Positions 38,105-48,885 of a stretch of 64,000 bases of DNA are shown here, one piece after another. Source of the stretch: Candidatus Latescibacterota bacterium (GTDB lineage: Bacteria; Latescibacterota; UBA2968; UBA8231). A program made the translations under genes and the position numbers. The notes under the pieces are model-generated. The model did not search any database. It worked only from the letters and a program-made list of their open reading frames with translations, and was not told where the DNA came from. The stretch covers positions 1 to 64,000 of the forward strand of contig OZ241867.1 in assembly GCA_965203175.1 (NCBI GenBank), read 5' to 3'. The stretch's first letter is position 1. Each line of letters starts with the position of its first letter.

Positions 38105-40273
38105 TCAATCCATTTCTGCAAAGCGGTGCAACACGTTCTCAGTAATGCGAGAGACATTGTTGTCGCCGTGGTTGTACGAAAGGCAACTGCACCAGCTAAT
38201 AGAGCCCACCGAGAATACCGCGCCGCCCTTGGGGCCTTCAAAGTACACCATGTCGGATCGCACCAAAGGGTTCTGGCTGCCGCCGGTATTGGGGGCCGAG
38301 ACCAACTGGTCTTCAATGGCCACTTGGTACAGATCGGTGAAGCCCTCGGCCGAAGCGAGCAATAGGGCGTGGTCGGGCGTGCCCAAGTCGCGGTCCATCC
38401 GGTCGATCTCAAAGCCGCCAGCGCCGTGTTCCAGGACCAGGGCGGGAAAGTCGCCGATCAATTCCTCGGGATCTAGGCCCTCAAAGATAAAGGCCGCCCT
38501 CGGGTCCAAACTGTCCGGCTGCCGTTTATAGGGGCGGTTGCGACCGCCGCCCTGAGAGGTAAAACCAACGCCGACCATTTTTTGCGGTGCCCGGTTGCGA
38601 AAGCGCCAGAGGCCACCCATCTCGCCCGTGGTGCTGTGAAAGCACTCGCCAGGGGCGGCCTCCCAAGCGCGTGAGCCTCGCCAGCGCCTGACTTCGACGA
38701 TGTGCGGACGCTGGGGGTCGAAGGAGGCGATCCAGTAGAAGCCATTGCCGCCTAGGTACATCAGGCGGCCGCCCTCCGCCTGGTACGCTTCCAGCCCTTT
38801 GAGCATAGACGCCGTCCAGTACTCTGGATGCGTGCCGGTGAGGATCACCTGGTACGGCTCCAACAACTCGCTGCCTTCGCAGTGCAACTCGTCGTCGGTG
38901 ATCACATCGTAGGCAAAGCCCTTGGTGTCCAGCCAGTCGAGCAGATGGAGATCGGCGTTGAGCAGGCGGGGCCAGTGCGCGGCCAAGGAACGGGAGGGCA
39001 TGCGGTACAGGGGACGAAAATTGACGATCGGCCGCCGCCGCGACGAATAACAAACACCCGTGCCGTCGCTGTGAAGGTCGTAACAGCTCAAGAGCCGCTG
39101 GTCCTGCATATACTGGTCTTGCGGAGCGGCGTCGCTGCTTTCGCGCAGATCCAGCATGGCGCGGATCGGATCGTTAAAGCGCTGGTTGGCATAGACCAGG
39201 TACGTGAGCGTGGGCACCAGAAAGGCGATGCGGGCCTGGGCTTTTTCGGGGACGACGATAAAGGGCAGATAATCCTCGGCGTCGGCACCGGTCAAGTGAG
39301 CCGCGTACACGCCGCTCGGCCAGTCTGGGGGCACGGTCCACTCGAAGGCGGCATCCCATTGGGCGTCTTCGAGATCGTCGTCGTGGAAGTGAATCGCCCC
39401 GTACTGGCTGGGGGCGACTTTGAAATCCGCCTCGTCGCCGGTCCAGTTGTGCCCGGTCACGGCCCGGGTCGGCAGGTTGACCGTACGGCCGTGGAGTTGG
39501 TTGGCCTCGGTGTCGCGCACTATTTCCGCGCCGATATCGAGAGAAAAGTCCCAGTCGGCGATCGGGGTGTCGGCCTCGGCCTCCGCCACGGAGAGAGCGC
39601 GGCTATAGAGTCGCGGATTGTCGATCTTGCCATTGAAGTGGTGAGTAGCCACTGGCCCCGAGGCAGCGGCCATTAGCAAATCCTCCTCATTCTCTCCCAC
39701 AGCTAGGGGGCTGATGGTTTTGCAGACCTGTGCTCGGGCACGGGGCACCGGCCAGTTGGACTGCAACTCTTGGTAGAGGCAGACTGCGCCCGTGGCCGCG
39801 TCGTAGCTGGCGGCGATACAGTGCCATTGCGCTGTGTGTAGGGCCACGCCGGTGCTCATTTTTTCCAGCCGCGTTCCATCGCCGACCCACAGGGCCAGTG
39901 ACCCGTCCTCGGCGATAAAGAGGCCATAGCCCGATTGGCCGGACAACTTGGTCAACAGCCCTTGCAGACCCTTTTGCGGCGTGGTGGGATAAATCCACGC
40001 CCGCAGGGTAAACCCATTGGGACAATTCAACAAAGGGTGATGCGGCACGGCCGCGTACGAGCCGCTGTGGATGGCCTGGTACTGGCCCGGGTACTCGCCG
40101 CTGATCGAGGATGCGAGCGCTTCGATTTTGCAGCCGGGACCTTGGGGATTGGCGTCCGTATGCCGCAGGCGCACGAGTTCGGCGCGGTACGCGGGCGCTT
40201 CGCTGCTGACCATAAAGCGTATGGTCTGCCCGGGCCGCACGCTGAAACGATCGCTGTACCCGACGATTTTCAT
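38105..40273 (-). CDS. N,N-dimethylformamidase beta-subunit family protein with LamG-like insert
   Basis: GYSDRFSVRPGQ, YGAIHFHDDDL, TYLVYAN, HPEYW, YLGGNGFYW, VFSVGSISW. Confidence 0.88.
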   Translation of the reverse strand: MKIVGYSDRFSVRPGQTIRFMVSSEAPAYRAELVRLRHTDANPQGPGCKIEALASSISGEYPGQYQAIHSGSYAAVPHHPLLNCPNGFTLRAWIYPTTPQKGLQGLLTKLSGQSGYGLFIAEDGSLALWVGDGTRLEKMSTGVALHTAQWHCIAASYDAATGAVCLYQELQSNWPVPRARAQVCKTISPLAVGENEEDLLMAAASGPVATHHFNGKIDNPRLYSRALSVAEAEADTPIADWDFSLDIGAEIVRDTEANQLHGRTVNLPTRAVTGHNWTGDEADFKVAPSQYGAIHFHDDDLEDAQWDAAFEWTVPPDWPSGVYAAHLTGADAEDYLPFIVVPEKAQARIAFLVPTLTYLVYANQRFNDPIRAMLDLRESSDAAPQDQYMQDQRLLSCYDLHSDGTGVCYSSRRRPIVNFRPLYRMPSRSLAAHWPRLLNADLHLLDWLDTKGFAYDVITDDELHCEGSELLEPYQVILTGTHPEYWTASMLKGLEAYQAEGGRLMYLGGNGFYWIASFDPQRPHIVEVRRWRGSRAWEAAPGECFHSTTGEMGGLWRFRNRAPQKMVGVGFTSQGGGRNRPYKRQPDSLDPRAAFIFEGLDPEELIGDFPALVLEHGAGGFEIDRMDRDLGTPDHALLLASAEGFTDLYQVAIEDQLVSAPNTGGSQNPLVRSDMVYFEGPKGGAVFSVGSISWCSCLSYNHGDNNVSRITENVLHRFAEMD

Positions 40274-40406
40274 TGATTTCTCCGCGCCACTAGGGCCGTG
40301 CAATGCCCCTGCAATCGCTTCTAGCCTACTCCTCGGCCGGCTCCGAGACGACGCGGCATTTTTCGTCTACTACCACGATCCAGACACAAGAAGTTGGGAC
40401 CAACCC

Positions 40407-41417
40407 CTATTGTACAGAGGCCAAGTTATTCAAGCAGAGTGGAGTTTCGACGTTCGAACGAATGAAGGCGATATGATCATCCCGTCCTGGCTTGAGATCA
40501 CGCGCATTGTCTAGGGGGACCACAATCGTCCCCCCACAACAGCGATGGTCTGCGTGACCCAATGCAAAGGCGCTACTCAAATGCGACATAGATCCTGATG
40601 GCACAGTATTAGAGCAGTGCTCTGACAGTTGCGTACATACAATTCTGGTGTCGGGCATGATCTCTCGTAAGACGCTAACGATCTCAGGATTCGGAGCACC
40701 GTAACTCCCGCGACCAAAGGAAAAGACCACAGTTATAGGCTCTACGGCTTCGAGTAACCTCTCGGTGAAGGAACGAATGTCCGCTGCACCCGGACGACCT
40801 CCATGATGTGGGTAGACCAAGATGGGTGCCTTCAGGTCCATATTTCGCATCAGCAGATCGTCCAGTCCGATTCCGTCGATGTCTGCAGGCAGAATGGCCA
40901 CATGCTTACCGGACACGCTTATCCGTATCACCGCACTGATAGAGTTGCTTGTGATCCTCCTCCCTGATCCGTTTTTACTACCTACGCCTTTCAGGACCAA
41001 AGCAGGGCTTGGAGCCATTACTTGGATCTCTATATCGCCAAGATCCTCGCTCTTCCCCGGGAACAAGCCAATATCAAGCTCCAGAGTGTCAGCCATATAC
41101 TTGCTAGCCAGTTCGTAGGTCAAGTCACGCCAGCTCTCTGTTTCCTTCGAAGCGTCACTGTTGAGCACAACTCTGTCGATAGTCACTGTACCCGACGCCA
41201 GCAACCCAACAAGGGCACCGATGTGGTCTTCGTCAGCATGAGATAGATAAACTGTCCGAATCCTCCTAATGCATTGCTGGTCCAAGAACTCCAGGAGCGC
41301 ACTGCGACGTCCAACATCGACGACAATCACTTCGGCATCTCCCACGACTACAGCGCAACTCCCCTGACCGACGTCGAGAATGTACAGATGACGACGTAGC
41401 TTGCTCACAGTATTCAC
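40407..41417 (-). CDS. MBL-fold metallo-hydrolase (ComEC/Rec2 nuclease-like)
   Basis: LDVGQG, SHADEDHIG, NSIS, PAD, PHHGG. Confidence 0.85.
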   Translation of the reverse strand: MNTVSKLRRHLYILDVGQGSCAVVVGDAEVIVVDVGRRSALLEFLDQQCIRRIRTVYLSHADEDHIGALVGLLASGTVTIDRVVLNSDASKETESWRDLTYELASKYMADTLELDIGLFPGKSEDLGDIEIQVMAPSPALVLKGVGSKNGSGRRITSNSISAVIRISVSGKHVAILPADIDGIGLDDLLMRNMDLKAPILVYPHHGGRPGAADIRSFTERLLEAVEPITVVFSFGRGSYGAPNPEIVSVLREIMPDTRIVCTQLSEHCSNTVPSGSMSHLSSAFALGHADHRCCGGTIVVPLDNARDLKPGRDDHIAFIRSNVETPLCLNNLASVQ

Positions 41418-42076
41418 TTAGATTCCCAAGAATCGAAGAACAGGGCTTCGTGACTCTCCGCACCAGTGTTAACTTGGGCATGAAACCTTCTACCCGGCTC
41501 GACACGATGACGAATTTTATCCGGAAGGTTGTCCTTATAGAGCCTTATCTTCTGCTGGGAGTCCCACGCCGGCACAATGGCGTAGAAATATCCTCCCTCA
41601 TCATCAACCTCAGCAACTCGGACGAGCGTACGCCATGGTCTTCTCGCGGGATGGAATGTCCCACCAATCTCACGGAGACTCTTCCTCCAAGCCTCCATGA
41701 GTTCTTCTGGATCTGGACTATTGGTCTTGAGTAGGGCTGGTATGTACCGGAGACATTCGCGACGGATTGTCACATCGACATCAGTAAATGTCGTACAAAG
41801 CATTCCAGGTATACCAGCTTTAGAACACTCTGCCACGAGAAGATCCCCATCGCATGCGGCATAGTTGTGCTTCTTAAGATGATAGTCACAGACTACTGCA
41901 TCCGCAGACTGCTTCGCCTTGGTTACGAACGACTCTGCGGTTTCGACGGGTCCCTCCACCATGACTGGCTCCAACCCCAACTCCTCAACGGGATACCCAT
42001 ATCCATTACGCGCTTCTGGATCGTCGTCCACAATCAGAACTCGACTAATCTCTCTGTCGTGAATCGTCACGGGCAC
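41414..42076 (-). CDS. Response-regulator receiver domain plus unknown beta-rich C-terminal domain
   Basis: VLIVDDD, VVCDYHL (phospho-Asp), CTTF, LLK; no HTH. Confidence 0.78.
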   Translation of the reverse strand: MPVTIHDREISRVLIVDDDPEARNGYGYPVEELGLEPVMVEGPVETAESFVTKAKQSADAVVCDYHLKKHNYAACDGDLLVAECSKAGIPGMLCTTFTDVDVTIRRECLRYIPALLKTNSPDPEELMEAWRKSLREIGGTFHPARRPWRTLVRVAEVDDEGGYFYAIVPAWDSQQKIRLYKDNLPDKIRHRVEPGRRFHAQVNTGAESHEALFFDSWESK

Positions 42077-42078
42077 GG

Positions 42079-44145
42079 TTATTTCCCAAGGATAGGAAGC
42101 TCTACAATGATTACCGCCCCGCCGAGCTCTCCCCTCTCTGTGGCGTCCACTTCCCCACCTAAATCCTTGACTGCATCTCGGACGATCGTAAGCCCAAGGC
42201 CGGTCCCGTTCTTGCGAGTGGTGCGTCCTGGAAGCCAGATATCAGTCTTCCGTATACCCTGGATGCCCGGTCCATTATCGTGGACTGTTAGGGTCCAACG
42301 ATCCTGTGAAATCGACGTCGAAATACTGATAACCCTGTCACGTGTGCCTCCACTTTCAAAAGCCGCTAAGCTGTTGTTCAGGAGATTTGTGACGATAGAC
42401 TCGATAGCGGCATCACTCCCCCTCAAGTAGGGATTCCCTGCATAGAAATCCGTCTGCACTGTAACATCCCTGCCTTTAAGAAACGGATCATAGGTATCCA
42501 ATACCTCCTGCAATAGCTCGTGGAGATCGACACGAGAAACCCTCCGCTTTTCATGGTCAACTAGTTTAAGAGTTGCTGTCCCCAATACAGCCAGGCTCCG
42601 CACCGCTCGCCTAATACCATCAACGGGCTTCTGAAGGAATTTGCTATAGTCGTCTTTGAGCAGCTTCCGGGCCCGCCGAGCAATGGCTTCGACTGACTGC
42701 GAAACCACCTTGACTGGGTTCCCACTTGATTCGTGGGCAAACGTGACGGCTGTAATCCCAGCGGTGCTAAGGGTTCTGTATAGTTGTATCTCTTTTTGAA
42801 GAAGATCAACTTCGCGGTCCCGTGCAGATTCGTAAGTGGCGAATGCCTGCCGAATGGCTTTGTGTGACTTGGACGGCGCTTTGGCGATCGCAGCCTCTAC
42901 GCCTCGTCTTGCCGTGTCTACTCGCCTCGGAGCTGACGTCCGCTTCCGGGAGCGCCGCTTCTCCGCCTCCTCCATCCTCCGATTGGCCATCCATTCCATA
43001 GCGTCTTGGGCGAACAGACGGAGCTCGATGAAGGATTCATCCTCGATAAACCCTGATCGGTCTGTCTTCTGGACGAGTCTTCCACGCCTGTCGGTGACAT
43101 CTATACGTCCTATTGAGGTGTTAGTCCCGGGTCTCTCCTCTGGACTTCGTACACGTCGGAGGTTCATCTCCAACCAATCATCGCCGGGATTGCCGTATGG
43201 GCTTACTCGCAGGCCATTATAATAGAAGTGGACTCCACCGAATTCGCGCAGCCATTCCTGTACTTCTCTAACACTCGACCTTCTGGTGGAAAAGGTCTCC
43301 TTATTGAGTATAAAAACCCACAAATCGAAGGTTGCAGGCGGACTTTTGTAGGCCTTCCCGTCTCTATGTACTGAGACATCTTCGTGACTCGCGACGTGAA
43401 GCCCTTGTCCCTTCCAGTCCACAATGTGCGCACTCGCTTGTCCATTTTTGTCGATTTCCGCCCGCAGATGATACTCCGCGTCTTGGAAATACCGACTACG
43501 CACGAGAGCTTCTATATCTTCGTACTCTGGAGCCACTAACTCCGGACGGAATCCTTCTGGATCAGCCCCGAACGGATCGGCGAGCAGAATTAGTTCTCGG
43601 GCCAACCTTTTCACGTCCGTCCGACTAAAGCCAGTTCTTAATTCTTCAATCCGGATTTCGGTTCCGGATTGGGTCCCCTTTTTCCTCCTTGCAGTCTCCA
43701 CGCTCAGTTCTACATCATCGACGAGATCGGCCGTATCGAACTCTTCCCAATCTATGAGCAGATTATGCTCAGTAGTCTTCTCTTTCCGTGGTAAGGTCGT
43801 CATGAGCGCTCGCTTGCCCATTCGCAGGGCGGCGAGTCTCCCAAGACCCTTACTGCCTGCTGGTATCCTTCCAAGACGTGTCTTTCGCTGCTGTGTCTTT
43901 GTTGATTTACCTAGCACCAGCCACCCGTTGGTAATATCATCAGTCGTCATTCCATTGCCATTATCCTTGACGATAACCACTCCCCCTGCTGCGTCGGTGC
44001 TTTGCAGTTCAACCGTGCATTTAGTGGCATCTGCATCGTACGCGTTCTTGACAAGCTCAAGCACCCCCTTGTCCAAGCTGGGATTTAACTCCTCGCCCAA
44101 GCGCTTGAGTATCTCAGTTGAGAATCGAATCCGTGCTGTACTCAT
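42079..44145 (-). CDS. MORC/GHKL ATPase fused to histidine kinase
   Basis: N-terminal ELVKNAYDA, DNGNGM, GSKGLGR; C-terminal FAHE, NLLNNS, DNGPGI, GTGLGL; no TM segments. Confidence 0.88.
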   Translation of the reverse strand: MSTARIRFSTEILKRLGEELNPSLDKGVLELVKNAYDADATKCTVELQSTDAAGGVVIVKDNGNGMTTDDITNGWLVLGKSTKTQQRKTRLGRIPAGSKGLGRLAALRMGKRALMTTLPRKEKTTEHNLLIDWEEFDTADLVDDVELSVETARRKKGTQSGTEIRIEELRTGFSRTDVKRLARELILLADPFGADPEGFRPELVAPEYEDIEALVRSRYFQDAEYHLRAEIDKNGQASAHIVDWKGQGLHVASHEDVSVHRDGKAYKSPPATFDLWVFILNKETFSTRRSSVREVQEWLREFGGVHFYYNGLRVSPYGNPGDDWLEMNLRRVRSPEERPGTNTSIGRIDVTDRRGRLVQKTDRSGFIEDESFIELRLFAQDAMEWMANRRMEEAEKRRSRKRTSAPRRVDTARRGVEAAIAKAPSKSHKAIRQAFATYESARDREVDLLQKEIQLYRTLSTAGITAVTFAHESSGNPVKVVSQSVEAIARRARKLLKDDYSKFLQKPVDGIRRAVRSLAVLGTATLKLVDHEKRRVSRVDLHELLQEVLDTYDPFLKGRDVTVQTDFYAGNPYLRGSDAAIESIVTNLLNNSLAAFESGGTRDRVISISTSISQDRWTLTVHDNGPGIQGIRKTDIWLPGRTTRKNGTGLGLTIVRDAVKDLGGEVDATERGELGGAVIIVELPILGK

Positions 44146-45434
44146 GGCTTATACCACCATGGCATCTCAGCTAAAACTGAGGTCGTTAAGTGCCTACAGC
44201 GAAGTCGTCTGTTAAGCCAATTGTCCGTTTTGCTAGACTGAAGGCGTGTTATCAAAGCTCGACAGGTGTCCTCAGTTCCATCTTTCGGTAGCAACACCAT
44301 CAGATGGTTTTCTACGGCTACGGCACCTTTACCAAGTACCAGTGTGGCTATCGCACGCTTTCCGCCGTCCGGTCTTGATGTTCTCCTGATAGCTACGAAT
44401 GGCGGTTCAAAGAGACGCCCGGTAAATTTTCGCTTCTCCACGATCCGCTTTTGTTCCCCCCACGCGGGTAAAGAACGTGCGTGGATGTATCGGACTTCTG
44501 GACCTACTTCCTCGTGGCGATGTGGCACCACAGGTCCCACATGAACTGCAAATCGTCTGCCAACACCTCCGGGTTTTGTATCACTGATTGAGCCCCCTGC
44601 CTTGCCTCCCTTCTGCTCCCCAGTCTTCAGGAGGTCGAGGAGGTACACATCAACGTCAGCCCATCGGTCAAACAGACCGAGCGAGCGTTCTCCACGAATC
44701 GAACCCAAAGTGCTGATCATGTTGCGCCAGCGTCCGTAACGACTCCCTGATCGAAGTACATCCGGCAGGATTGCGACAATCCTAGTGCCCTCTTGAGAAT
44801 CTTGTATTACCCTCTCTACGAACATTGCCGCAGCACTGATCCGACCCCGCGCCCATTCGCATTCATCAGGAGCACGAGTGTAGCCGAACGGCGGATTCAT
44901 GATTACAACATCGGTACGATACGAAGGTTGCGAATAAGATAGGAAGTCGGCCTCAACTATCTTCGGAAACGTGCGATCAAGCACTATACTCTCGTCACTG
45001 AGACTGACTCTACAACGCTTTGAAGCCAGCAATGCGAGTCTGGCCTTCGCCAAACGGACGAAATCCGAGGAGATGTCGCAGCCGGCTAGGCATCGTCCCC
45101 AATGGTCGAGGGTTCCCCTAAACGTGTTGGCAATTGGTAGTTTCTTCGCCACAGCAAGTAGGAGGTCGCCTGCACCGCACGTTGGGTCGAGATAGACCTG
45201 TTCGTAGTCCGCACCAACGTCAAGTACCTTTGCTAGCCGCGTGGCCATCTTGGTACTGGTAAAATAGGCACCCTGCTCCCTCAACCGTGGATGCTCCTCT
45301 TCTCGGCGGAGCATTTCTCCAGGCTCACCGTCTAGACACATTGTCAGCTTCCGCTGCCACTCGACAGGACTAAGAGTCTTTCGTCCCTGAGCTAGCTGCT
45401 CAAGCTCGTCAACGTATCGGCGAAATTGTTCCAA
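44142..45434 (-). CDS. N6-adenine DNA methyltransferase (gamma-type motif order)
   Basis: GAYFT, LDPTCGAGDLL, VIMNPPF; TTG start. Confidence 0.85.
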   Translation of the reverse strand: MEQFRRYVDELEQLAQGRKTLSPVEWQRKLTMCLDGEPGEMLRREEEHPRLREQGAYFTSTKMATRLAKVLDVGADYEQVYLDPTCGAGDLLLAVAKKLPIANTFRGTLDHWGRCLAGCDISSDFVRLAKARLALLASKRCRVSLSDESIVLDRTFPKIVEADFLSYSQPSYRTDVVIMNPPFGYTRAPDECEWARGRISAAAMFVERVIQDSQEGTRIVAILPDVLRSGSRYGRWRNMISTLGSIRGERSLGLFDRWADVDVYLLDLLKTGEQKGGKAGGSISDTKPGGVGRRFAVHVGPVVPHRHEEVGPEVRYIHARSLPAWGEQKRIVEKRKFTGRLFEPPFVAIRRTSRPDGGKRAIATLVLGKGAVAVENHLMVLLPKDGTEDTCRALITRLQSSKTDNWLNRRLRCRHLTTSVLAEMPWWYKP

Positions 45435-45750
45435 TGTATTAGTCCGGAGCTACCACACTCAGGTTTAGATACTCAAAGGATACGACTAAAAGGGCACCTA
45501 CTTGAAATCGACAAGTTTCGACCTACATGTTCTCGTAATTCTTTGTTCAACAGTATGTTAGAGTTGGAAATGGTTGCAATCGTGAACCCACTGATTTCAT
45601 CTTTGTTTACGAAGGTACCTTCGCACTCCACAAGCCGCAAGGCATTTCGCCTGCCGTTCGATTTCTTGGAACAATTCCCTCCTATACGGCTCGCGCCAAG
45701 ACTCAGTAAGACCGTCGGATTTTGCGTCTCCCGACCAGCACAAAACGCAA

Positions 45751-46431
45751 TTACGCCAGTTGCTCGTCAGAAGCAATCCGACCGTCGTGGATGCGGATCA
45801 GCCGCTCGGCCTGTAGGGCAATAACGGGGTCGTGGGTCACCAACAGCACGGTATTGCCCTCTTCGTGCAGGGCGTCAAAAAGAAGCATGATCTCCTCGCC
45901 GGTGCTAGAGTCGAGATTGCCGGTCGGCTCGTCGGCCAACAGCAGCGACGGCCCGTTGGCCAAGGCGCGGGCAATGGCCACCCGCTGACATTGCCCGCCG
46001 GACAGCTCGGCCGGACGGTGCGTCATGCGGTGGGCCAAACCAACCCGCTCCAGCGCCTGAATCGCCCGGGCGCGGCGCACCTTGCGGCGCTGGCCATTGT
46101 AAATCAGCGGCAGCTCGACGTTTTGCAAAGCCGACGCGCGCGGCAGCAAGTTGAAGGTCTGGAAAATGAAGCCAACGCGGCTGTTGCGCACTTCGGCCAA
46201 CTCGTTGGCATTCATGCCCGACACATCCGTACCGGCCAAGCGGTACGTCCCATCCGTGGGCGAGTCCAAGCAGCCTAAGATATTCATCAGCGTGGATTTG
46301 CCCGAGCCAGAAGGCCCCATTAGCGAGACGTATTCGTTGTCCTTAATCGCCAAATCCACCGACCGCAGGGCGTGCACCTCTTCGGTGCCGCGCACGTAAA
46401 CCTTGCTAATGCCATTCAGTTCGATCAGCAC
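45751..46431 (-). CDS. ABC transporter ATP-binding protein (MacB/LolD type)
   Basis: [29 protein letters not shown]. Confidence 0.95.
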   Translation of the reverse strand: MLIELNGISKVYVRGTEEVHALRSVDLAIKDNEYVSLMGPSGSGKSTLMNILGCLDSPTDGTYRLAGTDVSGMNANELAEVRNSRVGFIFQTFNLLPRASALQNVELPLIYNGQRRKVRRARAIQALERVGLAHRMTHRPAELSGGQCQRVAIARALANGPSLLLADEPTGNLDSSTGEEIMLLFDALHEEGNTVLLVTHDPVIALQAERLIRIHDGRIASDEQLA

Positions 46432-46435
46432 GAGA

Positions 46436-47659
46436 TCACTCCGAGCGCAACGCATCCACCGGATCGAGCCGCGAGGCGCGGGCCGCCGGATAGATGCCAA
46501 AGAAAAGACCAATCGCAATAGACAAGGCCAGCACGAACAGCGTGGCCTCCGGCGAGACAATGCTGGGAAAGTTCAACTCGCTGTAATGGGAAATGACGCG
46601 CGCAATACCCTCGCCCAACCCATAGCCCGCAGCCACCCCGAGCGCGCCCCCCGTCAAGCTCAGGGCCATCGCCTCGATCACGAATTGCCACAGCAGCGTC
46701 ACGGGCTTGGCACCGAGGGCCTTGCGAATGCCAATCTCGCGGGTGCGCTCGGCCACCGACACCAGCAGGATGTTCATAATGCCAATGCCGCCAACCAACA
46801 GCGAAATCCCCGCAATCCCCCCCACGACCAGCTTCAAGAGCAAGATGATCTGCTCTACCTGCTCTAGGATGCTGCGGCCGCTGATGATCTGATAGTTAGC
46901 CTCCGGGCCGTGGCGCTTTTTGAGTGCCTTTTCAATGGCCTCGGTAATGTGGGGCACGTCTTCTTGCTCTTTGGCGTGGGCTACCATGGCTTGGATGTAC
47001 TTGTTGCCAGCGAGGCGTCGCTGGGCCGTCGTCACCGGCACCAGCACTTGATCGCCCCAGTTCTCGCCAAAGGTCTGGCGATCCTCCATGAGGCCGACGA
47101 CCGTAAAGCGCTGGCCGTTGAGCTTGAGCTCTCGGCCCAAGAAGGGAGCCAAGCCAAACACCTCCTCGCGCACCTCTTGCCCAATCACGCAGACCCGGCG
47201 CAGCTTGTCCAAGTCGGCGTTGATCAGGAAGCGGCCCTCGGCGACCTCCCAGTCGTACACCTCGGCGAACTCGGGCAAGGTCCCGGCCGCAATACCCTGG
47301 TAGCTGGCCTTGCGATAGCGCAGATTGGCCCCATGCGACATAGAGGGCAGAACCGCCGCCAAGCGATCAGAGGATTGCTTGACTACGGACAGGTCGTCCA
47401 TGGTCAAGGGCTTGAAGTGGGGGTCGGGCACCCAGCGACCGTCCTTGAGCTGCCTGTATTGCGGCGAGACCATTACAAACTGCGCCCCACCTAACTTGCC
47501 GAACTCGTCGATGACAAACTGCCGCATCCCCTCGCCAATGGACACGATACCGACGACCGCGCCGACCCCGATCATCATGCCCAACAAGGTCAGCGCCGTG
47601 CGCAGCTTGTTGACCCATATTTGCCCGAGGGCAATGCGGATGGATTCGAGGAAGATCAC
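46436..47659 (-). CDS. MacB/FtsX-type ABC permease
   Basis: [50 protein letters not shown]. Confidence 0.93.
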   Translation of the reverse strand: MIFLESIRIALGQIWVNKLRTALTLLGMMIGVGAVVGIVSIGEGMRQFVIDEFGKLGGAQFVMVSPQYRQLKDGRWVPDPHFKPLTMDDLSVVKQSSDRLAAVLPSMSHGANLRYRKASYQGIAAGTLPEFAEVYDWEVAEGRFLINADLDKLRRVCVIGQEVREEVFGLAPFLGRELKLNGQRFTVVGLMEDRQTFGENWGDQVLVPVTTAQRRLAGNKYIQAMVAHAKEQEDVPHITEAIEKALKKRHGPEANYQIISGRSILEQVEQIILLLKLVVGGIAGISLLVGGIGIMNILLVSVAERTREIGIRKALGAKPVTLLWQFVIEAMALSLTGGALGVAAGYGLGEGIARVISHYSELNFPSIVSPEATLFVLALSIAIGLFFGIYPAARASRLDPVDALRSE

Positions 47660-48885
47660 GTGCGACGCAGCGCTTCTACCGGATCGAGCCGGGCAGCGCG
47701 AAAGGCGGGATAGACGCCGAAGAAAATGCCGACCGCCGATGAAAAGCCGACGGCCCAGAGCACGGACTCAGCCGAGACAATGCTGGTAAAGGGCGCGCCG
47801 GGCGCGAGCTGCTGAATGACAAAGGCCGCCCCCAAACCCAAACCCAAGCCAGTGAGGATGCCTAACAGGCCGCCGACCATGCTCAAGACCACGGACTCGG
47901 CGAGGAACTGGCCGAGGATGTGGCGCGGCTTGGCACCGAGGGCCTTGCGGATGCCAATCTCGCGGGTGCGCTCGGCCACCGACACCAGCAGGATGTTCAT
48001 AATGCCAATGCCCCCCACCAAAAGCGAAATCCCCGCAATCCCACCGCCCACCTGTTGCAGGACGCGGAAGAACTCATTGGCATCGTCTATATCTCCTTGG
48101 CTAGTCTCGATCCTGAACTCGTCGCCGTGCTCGTGATGCCGCCGGAGGACGCGGCGCACCGCAGCAACGACCCGCTCGACGGCATCCAAATCCTCGACAA
48201 AGAGCGTGAGTTCCGAAAAGTGATCCTCTCCTCGCAGCCGCTTTTGAGCCGTGGTGTACGGAACCAACACGATATCGCCCTCACTGCGGCCAAAGCGGAC
48301 GCGCTCGTCGAGCACGCCAACGACCACGTAGCGGTCGCCGTTGAGCAGGATCTCCTTGCCCAGCGGGTTGGCCCCCTGAAAGAGGCTCCCATATACATCG
48401 TTGCCGAGCAAGCAGACCTTGCGGGCGAGGCGCAAGTCGTCCTCGTTCAGCGGTCGGCCGCCGAGAACGGGCCAGTTGAAGCCCTCGTTGAATGCAGCGG
48501 ATGTACCTCTATAGCTCGCATCCACGGTGGTTTTGCCGCGCTGTAGCGCGGCGCTACCGCGAATCTGGGGCACGAGCGCGTGCAGCCCGTCGATTTCCCG
48601 CTGCATGGCCGCCATGTCGGCCTCGGTCAGGTACTCCTCCCAAGGGCGGCGCACCCAGCGGCCATCCTTGCGCACCCACTGGCGCGGCGGCTCCACCTCG
48701 ATCATGCCCGCCCCGCCGCTGAAGACAAACTGCGAGATCACTTCGCGGCGCAATCCCTCCCCAAGCGACACCACTGCAATAATGGCCGCTACGCCAATGA
48801 CAATGCCCAACAGCGTCAGCAGCGAGCGCAGTTTGTGTGCCCGGAGCTGACCCAATCCGGCGAAGAGGGGTTCGAGCAAGGTCAT
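47656..48885 (-). CDS. MacB/FtsX-type ABC permease
   Basis: [36 protein letters not shown]. Confidence 0.93.
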   Translation of the reverse strand: MTLLEPLFAGLGQLRAHKLRSLLTLLGIVIGVAAIIAVVSLGEGLRREVISQFVFSGGAGMIEVEPPRQWVRKDGRWVRRPWEEYLTEADMAAMQREIDGLHALVPQIRGSAALQRGKTTVDASYRGTSAAFNEGFNWPVLGGRPLNEDDLRLARKVCLLGNDVYGSLFQGANPLGKEILLNGDRYVVVGVLDERVRFGRSEGDIVLVPYTTAQKRLRGEDHFSELTLFVEDLDAVERVVAAVRRVLRRHHEHGDEFRIETSQGDIDDANEFFRVLQQVGGGIAGISLLVGGIGIMNILLVSVAERTREIGIRKALGAKPRHILGQFLAESVVLSMVGGLLGILTGLGLGLGAAFVIQQLAPGAPFTSIVSAESVLWAVGFSSAVGIFFGVYPAFRAARLDPVEALRRT

